Counted from the stretch's first letter, positions 12,262-26,365 are shown. The stretch is 64,000 nucleotides of DNA from Octopus sinensis (GCF_006345805.1 NC_043017.1:11408001-11472000), one strand, 5' to 3'. The notes: generated from the letters alone by a model not told the origin. A program made the numbers and translations.

Positions 12262-13412
12262 CAGTGTAAGCTATGGACACATAAGAGGTGCAGCAACATC
12301 AATGGAAAATTAACCAAGAAGATAGCTTTCATGTGCGGCAGATGCACAGGGGCAATAGACACCATTGATATTCAGAAAACAGATTCCATTACAATCCTGA
12401 GGGAGAAACTAGAAGTAGTTGATAGTTTCTGCTACCTAGGTGACCAAGTTAGTAGTGGGGGTGGATGCTCAGAGAGTGTTACCACTAGAATAAGAATAGT
12501 CTGGGAAAAGTTTAGAAAGCTCCTACCCCTACTGGTGACAAAGGGTCTCTCGCTCAGAGTGAAAGGTAGATTGTACAAAGCATGTGTGTGAACTGCCATG
12601 CTTCATGGTTGTGAAACATGGGCTGTGACTGCAGAGAACATGCGTAGGCTTGAAAGAAATGAAGCTAGCATGATCCGCTGGATGTGTAATGTCAGTGTGC
12701 ATACACGACAGAGTGTAAGTGCTCTGAGAAAAATGCTGGACATAAGAAGCATTGGATGTGGCATGCAAGAGAGACGTCTGCACTGGTATGGTCATGTACT
12801 ATGGATGGATGAGGAGAGATGTGTGAAGAAGTGCCACTCCTAAACAGTTGAAGGAATCCGGGGTAGAGGTAGACCCAGGAAGACATGGGATGAGATCGTC
12901 AAGCATGACCTTCGAACGTTGGGTCTCACATAGGCAATGACGAAAGACCAAGACCTCTGGAGATATGCTGTGACTGCGAAGACCTGACAAATAACATGAG
13001 TTCATGGCTGTTTCCTGCACCAGCTTCACATAGAAGCCCCAGCTCATCCAAAGTGCCTTGGATCGCAGGACGGTCTGCTGTGTTTACCTTGCTGTGCTTG
13101 AGGAGACCTGTTGAGTCAAGTACATCAACATCAAAAAATCAAATTGTAGTTGTGATACTTGTGCCGGTGGCATGTAAAAAGCACCAACCAATCATGGCTG
13201 TTGCCAGCTTCCCCTGGCATCTGTGCCGGTGGCACATAAAAAGCAGCCACTACACTCACGGAGTGGTTGGCGTTAGGAAGGGCATCCAGCTGTAGAAACA
13301 CTCGCAGATCAGACTGGAGCCTGGTGCAGCCTCCTGGCTTCCCAGACCCCAGTCGAACCGTCCAACCCATGCTAGCATGGAAAACAGACGTTAGACGATG
13401 ATGATCATGATG
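12262..13412 (+). mobile_element. 5'-truncated RTE-clade LINE with 3' UTR and (GAT)n tail
   Basis: EVVDSFCYLGD...KGRLYKACV*TAMLHGCETW...RRLHWYGHV...GRGRPRKTW; in-frame stops. Confidence 0.9.
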
Positions 13413-13533
13413 ATGATATATATATGTATATATATATGTGTGTATGTATATATAATATATATATATATATATGTGTGTATATATATGACTATGTATGTAT
13501 ACATGTAGCTATGTGTTTTTACAAATGAATATA

Positions 13534-13565
<32 letters not shown>

Positions 13566-13580
13566 GTATGTATGTATATA

Positions 13581-13613
<33 letters not shown>

Positions 13614-13628
13614 ATATATATATATATG

Positions 13629-13674
<46 letters not shown>

Positions 13675-13857
13675 TTATAAATGCCGCCAGCACATGTAGG
13701 TATGTTGTTTTGGCAGTTGCTGTAGAATTTGATATTGTTGTAGCCACAAGTGCTGTCGTTCTTGTTATTGTTGTTCACGGTGGTGGCATAAATTAAGAGA
13801 ACAACGTTGTAATAAAAACAAAAATAAAATTAAAATAAAACAAACAACAACAAAAAC

Positions 13858-13891
<34 letters not shown>

Positions 13892-14374
13892 TATAATAAC
13901 AATAATAGTATGTAGAAAAATACACGAAAACAGCGAATATATTCAATGTAAATATTTTCAATGAAAACATTGGGGATTGAATGAAATTCACCCCCTTTGG
14001 TCCCTGTGTCCCCTCATTCTCTGTTAATACACACTCCTCTCTCCTTCTCTGACTTCTTTATTTTCAATAGAAGAGGGTAGAATATAGAATGGCTGAAAGA
14101 AGGAGGGAAATTGAGTTTTGTCTTTCACTCTTTTCTCTAGTATTTTGATGTTTCGTTGTTCCGATGTATGTGTGTCTGTATGTATGTATGTGTGTGCATG
14201 CATGCATGTGTGTGTGTGTGTGTGCATGTGCATGCGTATGTGTGTGTATGTGCATGTAGATGAACTTGCACTCATGTAGTGGGTATGTATCATGTCAAGT
14301 GCGTTTGTATATGTGTGTGTGTGTGCGTGCTTGTGTGTGTGTGTGTGTTACAATCTTTTGAGACTTTTCCAGGA

Positions 14375-15130
14375 GAGACATTTATTTATTTCAAACAAGT
14401 CCCAAACTCTAATATCTTTCAAAGTAGGACCCCCCCTGACTTCAATGCACCTGTTGTGCTTCGGTCACTTCTTGAAGGCCCCATGGAAGGCTTTCAAAAT
14501 GAAATTGTGTAGCACCCTTGTCACAGACTCCTTCAGCTTCTCAAAAGCATCAAAACGACATCCCCTTAGGTTCTCCTTCGGCTTTGGGAAGCAACCAAAA
14601 GACACAGTGAGCAAGGTTTGGACTAAAAGTGAGGCACAGTTTTGATCCCCAGCTCTGTCAAGTAATTGGTTACCAGGATGGAACCGGTGTGGACTGGTGC
14701 TTTGTTCAGGGGCATGTGCCATTGACTGGAGTAGAAGAGCTCTGGCCTTTTGCAATGAAATATCTTCTTGAACTCCCTCAAAACCTTTAGAAAGTACCCT
14801 TTGTTGACCATCTCACCAAATGGAAACTAGTGAATGTAGGTGATGCCCTTGCTGTCAAAAAAAGAATCATTCTGAGCTTCCTGGTGGTCTCACCTTCTTG
14901 GATTTGCAGGAGCAAAAATGCTTCCATTGGCTACCTTATCTCTTGATCTCAGAATCATTATAGTAAATCAAACTTTCATTACTGGTCATTACTGGTCACC
15001 AAAGACTCAAATATTCTTGGATTGGCGGCAATGAGCTCAACCCTCTTCCTACTGTCATCAACATGTTTTTTCTTCTGTTTGTCACTGAGCATCCTAGGAA
15101 CAAACTTTGCACATATCCAGATCTTCACGG
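14375..15130 (-). mobile_element. Mariner transposase remnant
   Basis: YFLKVLREFKKIFHCKRPEL...NKAPVH and FPKPKENLRGCRF in broken frames. Confidence 0.75.
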
Positions 15131-15429
15131 AAAATAATTCTTTGTAAAGTTGTGTTTACGTTAGGTTCCTGTTTAAATTGGAATGTTGCACCAGTATTCT
15201 TTATTTTCAAAAGAATGGATGCTCTCTGGCTCTGGTGTGTGTTTGTTATGGTCACTGGGGCAATACTTCCTACAGCATTGTAGATGGCTTTAGCATTTTG
15301 TTTCTTCTTCAGAAATGAAATTACACTGGATATTGTAGTTATAAATATACAAAATTTTGGGAGAGTTGCAGATGCAACATCTTTGATGGTAAGTAGGCCT
15401 GCTGGATGAGATTAAGCCTGGGGGATAAA

Positions 15430-15710
15430 CCACCACCACCACCACTACCGCCACCATCACCACCACCACCATCACCACCACCACTATCACCGCCGCCACC
15501 ACACCACCACCACTACTACCGCCACCATCACCACCACCACCACCACCGCCACCACCACCACTACTACCGCCACCATCACCACCACCACCACCGCCACCAC
15601 CACCACCACAACCACCACCATCGCCACCACGACCACCACCCACCACCACCACCATCATCGCCGCCACCACGACGACGACCACCACCACCGACAACAACAA
15701 CAACAACAAT
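15430..15710. repeat. Degenerate (CAC)n tract upstream of the Ig exon acceptor
   Basis: Direct reading. Confidence 0.85.
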
Positions 15711-15753
15711 TAATCAATCAATCAGTCACCAAGACATTTTCTTTATTTACCAG

Positions 15754-16088
15754 AATCTGCGCCACCAAGAATCTACATCAACATTACAACAACATGGAGC
15801 GATGAGAGAATAAGATATGTAGTTACTGCAAATGGAAGTGTTGTGATCAACGCAGGCGACCGACTGCAACTCGGCTGTTCGCACAACCTGTACGAAACAA
15901 AAGACTTAGAATGGGTGCCGCCAAATGACAGCATTCCGGTACCTGAAAGTATCCCAGAAACTATTGCTTCCAATGTCACTGGTGTCCGCCTGCATATTTC
16001 TCATTTCACACCAAATAATGTGGGACGATATATTTGTAGAATAAAAAACTCGTCGCTATTTCATTTTGTAAAGATTATAATTTTGTGA
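15754..16088 (+). CDS. Gene A terminal exon: Ig domain then stop
   Basis: Acceptor ctttatttaccag|AA, phase 1. ESAPPRIYINI...GDRLQLGCSH...LEWV...RLHISHFTPNNVGRYICRIK...KIIIL* shows the Ig Cys/Trp/G-x-Y-x-C pattern and several N-x-S/T sequons; TGA at 16086-16088. Confidence 0.88.
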
Positions 16089-16131
16089 CCATAATAACAA
16101 CGTTTTGATAATATAGCAGAAGGAAGACAGT

Positions 16132-16137
16132 AATAAA
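16132..16137 (+). promoter_or_regulatory. Candidate polyadenylation signal of gene A
   Basis: AATAAA 44 nt after the stop; AT-rich context makes it weak evidence. Confidence 0.4.
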
Positions 16138-16384
16138 ATGTTTTGTAAAATTATTGTTTTAATAATATGGTATAAGATTGTAAAATAATGTTTTGTAGAC
16201 ATTAAAATCATGTTGTTGACAGAAATAATTTTGTTTATTTTATTCATTTCACAATACATAACGTACTTCAACCCTTCTTCAACAATATTTTCATAAACCA
16301 TTTTTTTGTTTCTGCAAATTTTTTATTTACTATCATATGCATATATATATATATATTATAGATATATATATATGTATATATAAA

Positions 16385-16442
16385 GGCTTGTCTATCTATC
16401 TGTCTATCCGTCTGTCTGACTATCTATCTATCTATCTATTTG

Positions 16443-16487
<45 letters not shown>

Positions 16488-16514
16488 TTGTCTATCTATC
16501 TGTCTGTCTATCTA

Positions 16515-16558
<44 letters not shown>

Positions 16559-16654
16559 TCTACCTATCTCTCTATCTATCTGTCCGTCCGTCCGTCCATC
16601 TATCTATCTGTCTGTCTGTCTGTCTATCTGTCTGTCTGTCTGTCTATCTGTCTG

Positions 16655-16701
<47 letters not shown>

Positions 16702-16726
16702 GTCTGTCTGTCTATCTATTTAACTG

Positions 16727-16761
<35 letters not shown>

Positions 16762-16773
16762 CTATCAATTTAA

Positions 16774-16805
<32 letters not shown>

Positions 16806-16835
16806 ATCTGTCTGTCTGGCTGTCTGTCTATCTAA
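16385..16835. repeat. Compound (TATC)/(TGTC)/(TC)n microsatellite
   Basis: Direct reading. Confidence 0.9.
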
Positions 16836-17703
16836 TGGACAGACGATAGCCACATCGACTCCGCGTAAGTTTGCTTGTTTTTGCTTTCAAAAGTGTGTCT
16901 TGTAAAATATTTTTCATGAGAAAAGTTGTCCAACAAATTGTACATTCGATCTTGCAAATTGTTTCCACAGGAAACCTGCCCTGCGTGGCGTGTTTCCTAG
17001 TTTTGTGAATTTGTTTTCAGCTAAAATTAGCCATTTTGGTTAATGTCTTTCGTGGAGGTCTTGGCGGACGGCTTTGCGACGACATCGTTGTTGTTGGTGT
17101 TGATACTGGCATTCGCTGGTGTGAAATTTCTCTCTTCCGTCTTTCTTTCATGAAGTTATGGTGTTGGGAATGTTGGAAACTCAATATCAAACGTGTCTCC
17201 AAAGAGACTGGCGTTTATTTGAAAACTGTCTTCATGACTTCAAGACGCCATTCTCAAGAGGAAAATGGACGTTTACATTTTGATCCGGAAACGAAAATCC
17301 TCCCAAAAAATATTGGAATGGGTGTAAAACAGTGGGATTTACAGCATATTACGAGGTCACAGTACAAGATTCCACGCAAAAAATCAGTTTTTTTTTTTAG
17401 TGAAAATCGTGCGGGTGTTAATCTGTAATTTTACCACAATGGGTTATATAAAAAAAATTGCGCGCAAAGCAACGGGAGGATCAGGAGAGGACTTTGGAAA
17501 ATTCACAAGATCATAACTTTTAGGAAAATGGGATTTTTTTTTCAATGAAATTTTATAGAAATACTTTTCAAACGGCATACAATACGATTATAGAGTAATT
17601 TGTGGAGAAAATCTTTTCCAAGGATTAAGGAGAGGACTTCGGAAAATTCACAAGATCCAAGTTTTTCCATCATAACTATGTATGTGTATATGTGTGTGTG
17701 TGC

Positions 17704-17741
<38 letters not shown>

Positions 17742-18223
17742 CAAATAAGAAAATGGAGGAACATTTGGATGTTCCTATTTATGTAGCTAGTAAATAAATG
17801 ATATGAATTGGTAATATCTGTAAGTCGATGATTGAAAGGAATCTGTTCCTCCATTTTCTTATTTGTATTATGAATTTGAGGTAAGATATTTTTACCTTCG
17901 CCCATCTAATACAATAAATGAATTAATTGCAATTATAAGCATTTATGTATTAGCCTTTCTGGGTACTTCACCAGCAGTATATTGGATAACTGATGTCCCA
18001 TAGTGGGTTACACTCATAACCCCTATCTCACATTGTACTATATATATATATATGTCTATATATATATATATGTCTATATATATATGTCTATATATATATA
18101 TATATGTCTATATATATATATATGTCTATATATATATATGTCTATATATATATATATCTATATATATATATATATATATATGTCTATATATATATATATA
18201 TATATATGTCTAATATATATATA

Positions 18224-18603
18224 CTAGCAGTATCACCTGGCGTTGCTCGGGTTTGTAAGGGAAATAACTATAAAGCATTTTAGAGAGTTATAGCCAAAAA
18301 ATAGCAAAAAAATGGGGAAAAAATGATGGTAAATTTTTTTTTAGTTAAAAAGGTCGAGTTGCGTCCCCTAGACAGTCTGTGGTTTGTGTTTCTGATTCTC
18401 GACCCCATGTCGAATTTATCGATTTTTTTCAGAACTGGGGGAACTTTTCAAAATTTTCGCTGCGTTAGTTTTGAATTATGACATTGGGCTATGTGTGTGT
18501 CAAGTTTCATCAGAATCGGTTGAAAGCCGTGGTCAGAGTGAGGGTACAACCTAACAGACACACAGAAACACACACAGACAAACTGCCGTTTATATAGAGA
18601 GAG
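18224..18603 (+). mobile_element. Non-autonomous Helitron-like element in a TA tract
   Basis: Starts CTAGCAGTATCACCTGGCGTTGCTCGGG, ends ACAGACAAACTGCCGTTTATATAGAGAG; CpG-rich relative to flanks. Family assignment from memory. Confidence 0.5.
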
Positions 18604-18656
18604 ATATGTCTAATATATATATATATATATGTCTAATATATATATATATATATATG

Positions 18657-18700
<44 letters not shown>

Positions 18701-19647
18701 CGATCTCTATATATAGAGAGTGATTGAGAGAGAGGGAGAGAGAAAATAATAACGAGTAACTGAGAATAACGACGAAGGGTTAAAAAAGCGTAAAAATAAT
18801 TGAAAATGAAACAAAATTGAAGGCAAAACACTAAAAATTATTGAAAGTGGGTAGAAATAAACACTTCGAAGTGTAGTAGTATGCTAGGGTATCTGTAGAA
18901 AGTTGAATATGATATCGCAATATAACGAGGAAAAATTCGGATCTTGGGAATTTTCCGAAAGTCCTCTCCCCACCTCAAGATTTTCTCCACAAATTACTTT
19001 ATAGTCATAATGTAGGCCGTTTGAAAGGTAATTCTATAAAATTTCATTGAAAAAACCCCCCATTTTCATAAACATTACGAGGGAAAAGCTCATAACCCTA
19101 ACTGTAAAACCCTAACCCTAAGTAGAAAACTTAAAAAAAATTTTTTTCAGAATCATAATTTCCGTATTTTTCCACATATTTTGAAAAAAAAAAAATTCTG
19201 AAAAACGAAGAATTTAGGGGGTGGGGAGGGGTAATTTAAAATGCAAATTTTTGCTAATTTTTTTTGCAGATTCGTATTCTCCGTAGCCAAAAAAAAAGGA
19301 GTTTGTGTAGAAAAAAAAATTAAATTAAAAAAGGGGTGTTTTGGGGGGAGGTACAAAAGAAGTCTTGGATCTTTTCCTTTTGAACGGCACTTTTCAACAC
19401 AATTTCTAGTTAACTAAACACTTTTAAACTTCGTATACTGGTAGAATGTGTTTATAAAACATCATTTTTTCTTGGCTTTATTGAGAAAATTCTATAGGTT
19501 GTAAGATATTTCGTCTGAAATTTCGAGCATTTCGGCAATTTTAACCAATCACTGGAGTCCATTTAGGTAAACAACATTCCGTGCTGTATGAATATGTCCC
19601 TCTTTAAGAAACAGAGTTGTTGTTGTTTTTGTTGCTGCTGCTGCCGC

Positions 19648-19743
<96 letters not shown>

Positions 19744-19804
19744 TGTTGTTGTTGTTGTTCAGGTCACTGCCTGGAATCAAACCACTAAGCCATATACCCA
19801 TGGG

Positions 19805-20065
19805 CATAACATGTAGTGGTTAAGAACGCGGGCTACTAACCCCAAGATTCCGAGTTCGATCCCAAGCAGTGACCTGGACAATAATAATAACATCGAAAAA
19901 TACCTTAAGAATGAGAACCCAGGTTTAAAATTTCCCCAAGACATGTGAAGAAGGCTTGGAAGGTATATCAGCCGAAACGTGTTAACAACAAACAAGATGA
20001 GGAGAAATATCCATCGAATGTGAATAATGTACATAATTCCTCATCTCTTAAATATAGAACTGTAA
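19805..20065 (+). mobile_element. tRNA-headed SINE with a hammerhead-like tail
   Basis: TAGTGGTTAAG A box, GAGTTCGATCCC B box; GTGAAGA-AGGC...GCC-GAAACGT at 19945-19980. Confidence 0.6.
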
Positions 20066-20219
20066 CACAGAAAGACATCAACATCAAAACACCAACCAAT
20101 CATATTAATCTCTGATATGAACTTGTGTCTTTGGTATAAATAAGAACTCGTTAATATTAATATTAAAATTAAATTTGTTTTATTATCATTAAGAGTATAA
20201 ACATTCAATGTATCTCCAG

Positions 20220-20220
20220 G

Positions 20221-20254
<34 letters not shown>

Positions 20255-20290
20255 GTATATATGTATATATATTGTATATATATATATATG

Positions 20291-20349
<59 letters not shown>

Positions 20350-20389
20350 ATGTATATATATATGTATATATATTGTATATATATATATG

Positions 20390-20480
<91 letters not shown>

Positions 20481-20532
20481 ATATTATATATATATATGTA
20501 TATATATATGTATATATGTATGTATATATGTG

Positions 20533-20577
<45 letters not shown>

Positions 20578-20700
20578 ATATGTATATATATATATGTATG
20601 TATATATGTATGTATATATGTGTATATATATATGTACATATATGTATGTATATATATATATATACATGCATATATATATATACATTTATATATTTATAAT
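20220..20700. repeat. Interrupted (TA)n/(TATG)n tract of about 480 bp
   Basis: Direct reading; one of dozens of such tracts. Confidence 0.9.
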
Positions 20701-20706
20701 TTCCAT

Positions 20707-20712
20707 TTTATT
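20707..20712 (-). promoter_or_regulatory. Candidate polyadenylation signal of gene B
   Basis: AATAAA on the minus strand about 130 nt after the stop, just before a long TA tract. Confidence 0.35.
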
Positions 20713-20838
20713 TTCATTACATAACATAAACTTAAAAAAGAAATCTTACAAAATATTACTTCTCATTTTTAAAGAAAAGAAAGATTCAGAGAGTAAAAAA
20801 CAAAAAAGAGAAACAGTAAACAAAAACGCAAGCGACCC

Positions 20839-21038
20839 CTATCCCATGACAAAGGCGATACATTTAGGTTTGGGGTACAACCACATAAAATTAGACGAAC
20901 AAGTTATCTTTTCCTTTCCAAATAAAGTATATCCTGGATTGCAGTAAAATGTAACAACTGTATTCAAACCAAATGAAGAATCTGATACTGCTCGGTGACC
21001 ATTTTCTGGTGTACCTGGGTCCGTACACTTTTTGGCAT
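20839..21038 (-). CDS. Gene B terminal exon, CCP8 then stop
   Basis: Acceptor tttcttccag, phase 1. [12 protein letters not shown]...[36 protein letters not shown]. No usable donor after the last Cys and no transmembrane segment. Confidence 0.9.
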
Positions 21039-21589
21039 CTGGAAGAAACAACAGTAAAATAATATTTCCGAACCAGTTGCTTACATATACACTCACTCAC
21101 ACCTACGCGTGCACACACACACACACACACACTTAAAAAAGCAATTTAAAAAATTGGGCTTATTTTTTCCTTTGTTCTTGTTTTGTTTGTTTTCCCTTGG
21201 ATTCCCCAGGCACACATAAATACATACATAGTTACAAAGACACATATACTGTTTCCTGATTTTGGTTGTATATTTGGACCTATAATTACTAATATCTTTG
21301 GATAGGTTACCAAATGTTTAAGCTGTAGAGTCCTTGAAAAATAGGGTGGAGTTCTTTACGCAATAAATAATAATAATAAAACAGAACAATATATGTTCTC
21401 CAATTTCAGTCTGTATGTAGGAAGGTAGTATATATTATATTTATCTTTTTACCATTTTACAACCATATTTTAATGAAACACACTACTTAATTGCTTTAAT
21501 TAATTTTGAAACAAAGAAATTCAAGAGGTTTAGTAAAACAAGTTTTTCATTATGAACATTTGGAACATCGCTTAAAGAAAAGGTTGTTT

Positions 21590-21830
21590 TTTATACTTTG
21601 TATTGAGAGGTCACAGTTCCTGTACTATGGACATGATTGGAATGAGTGTAGCAGGAAAGAATTGCAAGATAGATTCTTTAAGCTGAACCATCTGGTAGGA
21701 GGACATCTAGGGGTGGACCGAGGTTGAGATGGTTGAATTATATTTCCGTTGTCTCAGTTGGTCACCCTAAGGAATCCAGCCAGAAAGTGTAATGAGGGTT
21801 GCTTCTGATAGGACCCCATGGAGGGGTGGT
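21590..21830 (+). mobile_element. Decayed RTE-like 3' fragment
   Basis: IERSQFLYYGH, GGPRLRW and GIQPESVMRVASDR in broken frames. Confidence 0.45.
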
Positions 21831-23794
21831 GGTGCTTGAGGACCGTCCCCCACCATAGCCCTTCTTGGAATAGTGGATGGATGGATGTTTTTGTACAGAT
21901 GTGAATATTTTACAATGAGGAGTTTTATATAATGGAACCAAGAACTGTTTTGGGTGGGTCGACATTAAAGATTGGTTAAGATGTAGCCTGGAAAAGTGGA
22001 GCTCTCTTGGTAATGAATAAGGCAAAGGCATTTAAAATGCTCCTCTAGGCTGGGAATGGTAAAGGATTATACTGATTTTCTATTAATTATGGAATTTTTT
22101 TAAAAAAGCTGTATTTGTTGTCTTGCAAGTGGTTTGGTCTGCGATGGTATTAAAACTAATACATCACAGACGAGCCGTTCCAGCTATAAAATCACACTCA
22201 AAACGCCTTGCATAAAGTGATCCATTTGTCTTCTACACTTCCTCTGAGGCAAGAGGATTCTGTAGTCTTGCAAACTGTATGGGGACCTCACCAGGAAGTA
22301 CTAAGTCCACTCTGTAAAGTTGTTGGCATTAGAAAGGGCATCCAGCCATAGAAACCATGTCCATAACTGAGACCCTTGAGCAATGATGCACAACATGCAG
22401 TTGGCGAGACTCTGAATAGCACACCTAATAAAGAATTAACTGGAATTTTCTTATTAGTGCAGCCTAACTGATGATAAGCCATGTCTTATGTCATTGACTT
22501 CTTGAAAAAGGTTGCCCATGTCTGCATTAGAGCAAGACATAATCTATTGATTTGTTGGATCCTTCCAACCAATGACAGCATAGAAAATCAGTTGTAAAAA
22601 TTAGGGTGATGATGATTGTGGTTGAGTCATTCTAGCCATTTACTCACACAAAACAGTTAAATTGAATTTAAATTTAAATCTATTTCATGAGATGTCAAAA
22701 TGTTCATAATCTGATTGCAACCCTGTCGTTAACACAGTTCCAATGACACATTAGTGGACCTGCTCCATTGTCCAGGCTGCAGTCGTGCAACTGGGACTTG
22801 AACACCTCATGAAATAAATTGAAATTGAAATTAACAACATTATCTACTATTAAACAGGAAAATGACTCATCTCCCCTCATTGCCATTATAATCATTTCTA
22901 TGACTGTTTTCCATGCTGGCATGGGTTTGACAATTAGACAAGATCTAACAGATCAAAGGACCACATATTGTTCCAGTATCTCAGTTTTACCATGGTTTCT
23001 ACAGCTGGATGCCCCTCCTGATGTCAAACACTTTTCAGAGAGGAGTCACTAGGTGATTCTTTCATAGCACCAGCACTAGTGAGGTTTCCTTGTAGCTTGC
23101 AAGACTAAAGAGCCATATTACTTAAGAGGGAATATGGGGTGATGAGAGGTGAATGTATGATGGAAGCAGTAGAGACAGATGTGTTGAGTTGTGGAGGAGC
23201 TATGGGGGTATTATTTATGTTAAGCTCATAGAAATCTCTGGAAACACTGCAACAGGTTCTTCAGAGAGAAAAAAAAAAATACTCAGCAAAGACTGACTAA
23301 AACCATAAAAATTTTACCAGTTAATGGTACAATGAAAATCTGTAAAATATTTCAGAGATCTTCAAGAGAATTTTACAGTGGAAGCACTTACACTCACTTA
23401 GCACATATACGTCTACATACATACATGATTATTCATATATAAATATGTACCTACCATATACATACACACATACTTGCATACATAATACATGTGTACATAC
23501 ATACATGCATACATACATCCATACATACATGCAAGCACATGCACACACACATACACACAAAGCTAAAAAAAGCCGGGAGCTTTCTTGGCTCAAGGTAGAA
23601 CAGACCTTATCACCTCATTAGTAATCAAGCTTTTAATTAGTTGCTAAACAAAAAAATAGAGAAACAAAAGATACATACCTTCATAAATATGCAAATAGCT
23701 ACTTATTAACATAACTAAAAATATATATAAAGATATGTACACATAGACATATACACAGACGGATACATGCACATACATACACACATAATGCTTT

Positions 23795-24858
23795 ATGAGT
23801 TTAAAAATGAGAACTCTGCAGCTAAAGCGACTTGAAATATTCACTTAGCTTATGGAGAAGAGTGCCTGAATGAAAGAACATGCAGAAGATGATTTGTAAA
23901 ATTCAGAAGTGGAGATTTCAGCCTTGAAGATGAGGCCCAAACAGTACATCCAACTGAGTTTCATGACAAACTTGTTTTGGCAGAACTTGAAAAAGATAAT
24001 GCAGTTTCAGTTGAAGAATTGGCAAGCAAGCTTCATTCAAGACATTCAACTGTTCACTGCCATCTTCAACAGCTTGGAAAGATCCCAAAATTTGGAAAAT
24101 GGGTGCTTCATGATTTGTCTGAAGCCATTTTCAAATTCTGAGAGGACACCTGCTCTTCTCTTCATTCTTGTGAACTCACCTTGCCTTTTTTGGACAGACT
24201 GGTGACCGGTGGTGAAAACTTGGTCTTTTATCAAAATGTTAGGTATCGTAAACATTGGCTTGATGAAGGGGAAAAGGCTCAACCACAACTGAAAAGGGAA
24301 CTCCATGTGAAGAAGGTTCTTCTCTGTTTAGTGAGATAGCAAAGGAGTCATCCACTTTGTGTTGCTACCAACTAATGCAATAATCAATGCTCAGATCTAC
24401 TGTCAGCAACTAGAGCATTTGAACAGTGCTCTGAAGAAAAAAACGGCCTGTTTAGTGAATTGAAAGGGAGTGGTGTTTCATCAGGACAATACAAAATCCC
24501 ACATGGCAAAGATCATGTCACAGAAGATCGAGGAAATTGGCTGGGAGAAAATTGCACATCCACTTCATTCCCCAGGCCTTGTGCCTTCAGATTATCATTT
24601 GCTCCATAGTTTACAGAATAATTTGGATGGATTAACTCTCAAAACAACTGAGGTAGTCGAAACTGACCTTTCAGAGTTCTTCTCTTTGAAACCGAAAGAG
24701 TTTTTCACTAATGGGATTAAAAAGCTTATGAGTAGATGGAAAGATGTCATTGGTAATCACGGAAACTATATTGACGATTAAGTTTCATTAAAATATAAGA
24801 TTTGATCACTTGTTTTCTGCATTTAAAATCCGGACATTACTCATGGGATGAGCTGATA
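23795..24858 (+). mobile_element. Mariner (DD34D-type) transposase remnant
   Basis: VFHQDNTKSH...HPLHSPGLVPSDYHLLHSLQN...GIKKLMSRWKDVIGNHGNYIDD; degenerate HTH and WVLHDL upstream. Confidence 0.88.
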
Positions 24859-25585
24859 TACACAAACACACATCAAACATAACAACTGTAACAATAATAC
24901 ATATATACGCATTTATATTTACACACACACACACACATAATAGTAATGAAATGGAAAAGTGAGTTCTCAATACAGGAGAGATGGATAGACAATTTGTCTT
25001 TTAATATATTTTTTGTTATGTCCCTGGTACCTAAGTTTTCCTGTTGATAGATATCAACAGCTTTTCAACTGGGATCCAAAGTATACGAATGACACTCTGC
25101 CATGCTTGTCTGCTTTCATGGTGGTGTGTCACTTGTATTTTTAACTCTGACTGAAAAAAGTGCTGAGTCCCATTAACAGGAAACCTTAGGTGCCTTAAAT
25201 GTAACAAAAATTCTATCAAAATGTATGTACATACATACAGACATATGTACACACACACATATATATTTATTTATAATATACATGCAAATACATATATACA
25301 CTCTATGATAATAATTAAAACATAAAAGAGCAGTATATACATCTCAATAACTAATCTTCAAATATCATCTCAGATCTTTTATATTCAAATTCAAATATCA
25401 CAATGGAAAAAGAAACCAAACACGCTTGCACGCACGCAAACACACACACACACACACACACACATGTTTATGGATGTGTAAATGAGTTAATAATGGAAAG
25501 AAAATTAAAAAATAAAACATAAAAATGATAGCAGAATTCCATATCTACTTCTATTTTCTTAATCTCTCTTTCTTACTTACAGACT

Positions 25586-25645
<60 letters not shown>

Positions 25646-26365
25646 CTCTCACTTGTCTGTGAAAGAAGAAAAAAACAAAGACACAACCAATCCCAGAAAT
25701 TGTCTGCTATATACAATTGTAAGAATATCAATTAATTTACTGTATCATTAACTAATGTAATAGCATAACCATTTATCATCATTTTCATCCTTATTATCAT
25801 TATCATCATCATCCTCATCATCATCATCTCATTATTATCATTATCATACATTAAGAAGAATGCGATGTGATATGTAATAAAGTAACACACAGTCAATCCA
25901 CATTTTATCAGACGTCTCATTGCACTCCCCCCCATTTTGTATGTATCTTTCTGAATTATTACATCAATCTCCATAAATTATAATTTTTTTAATAGTTCTG
26001 TATGACAACATGAAAACGCATTAAAAGTTTTTGTTTTTTATATATGTATATATATATAAACATGTCAACCATTTTTCATCTGGAAAAACTTCTTTCATAA
26101 CCAGTTCCTGAAATATAATCTGAATAAATTCATTTGATATTATTATTATTATACAGTATGGCATTTTATTATTATAATACAGGAAGGGTGTACAGAAATA
26201 AACAAACAAAAAAAGAAAGAAAGAAAGACAGACAGACAGAAAGCATGGATGATAGCATTCAAGGTTTCATTCAAGGAAAACATTACAGATCATGGTTTGA
26301 AAGTCTCAGTGATGGGATATACAATGCAGATAGGAAAGGATATCAGATGGAGGAAAGGTTTTGCG

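Noticed and set aside
15290-15813. Gly-rich and His/Pro-rich ORFs
   Set aside because: (CAC)n tract; the real exon starts at 15754 in another frame.
16068-16073. GTAAAG as an internal donor letting the Ig exon splice onward
   Set aside because: Phase 0, whereas all CCP acceptors are phase 1, and it would truncate the last Ig strand.
22704-22830. Cys-containing minus ORF (HDCSLDNG...CHWNC) as an extra gene B exon
   Set aside because: No CCP pattern, weak acceptor, and the phase-1 frame hits a stop without a donor.
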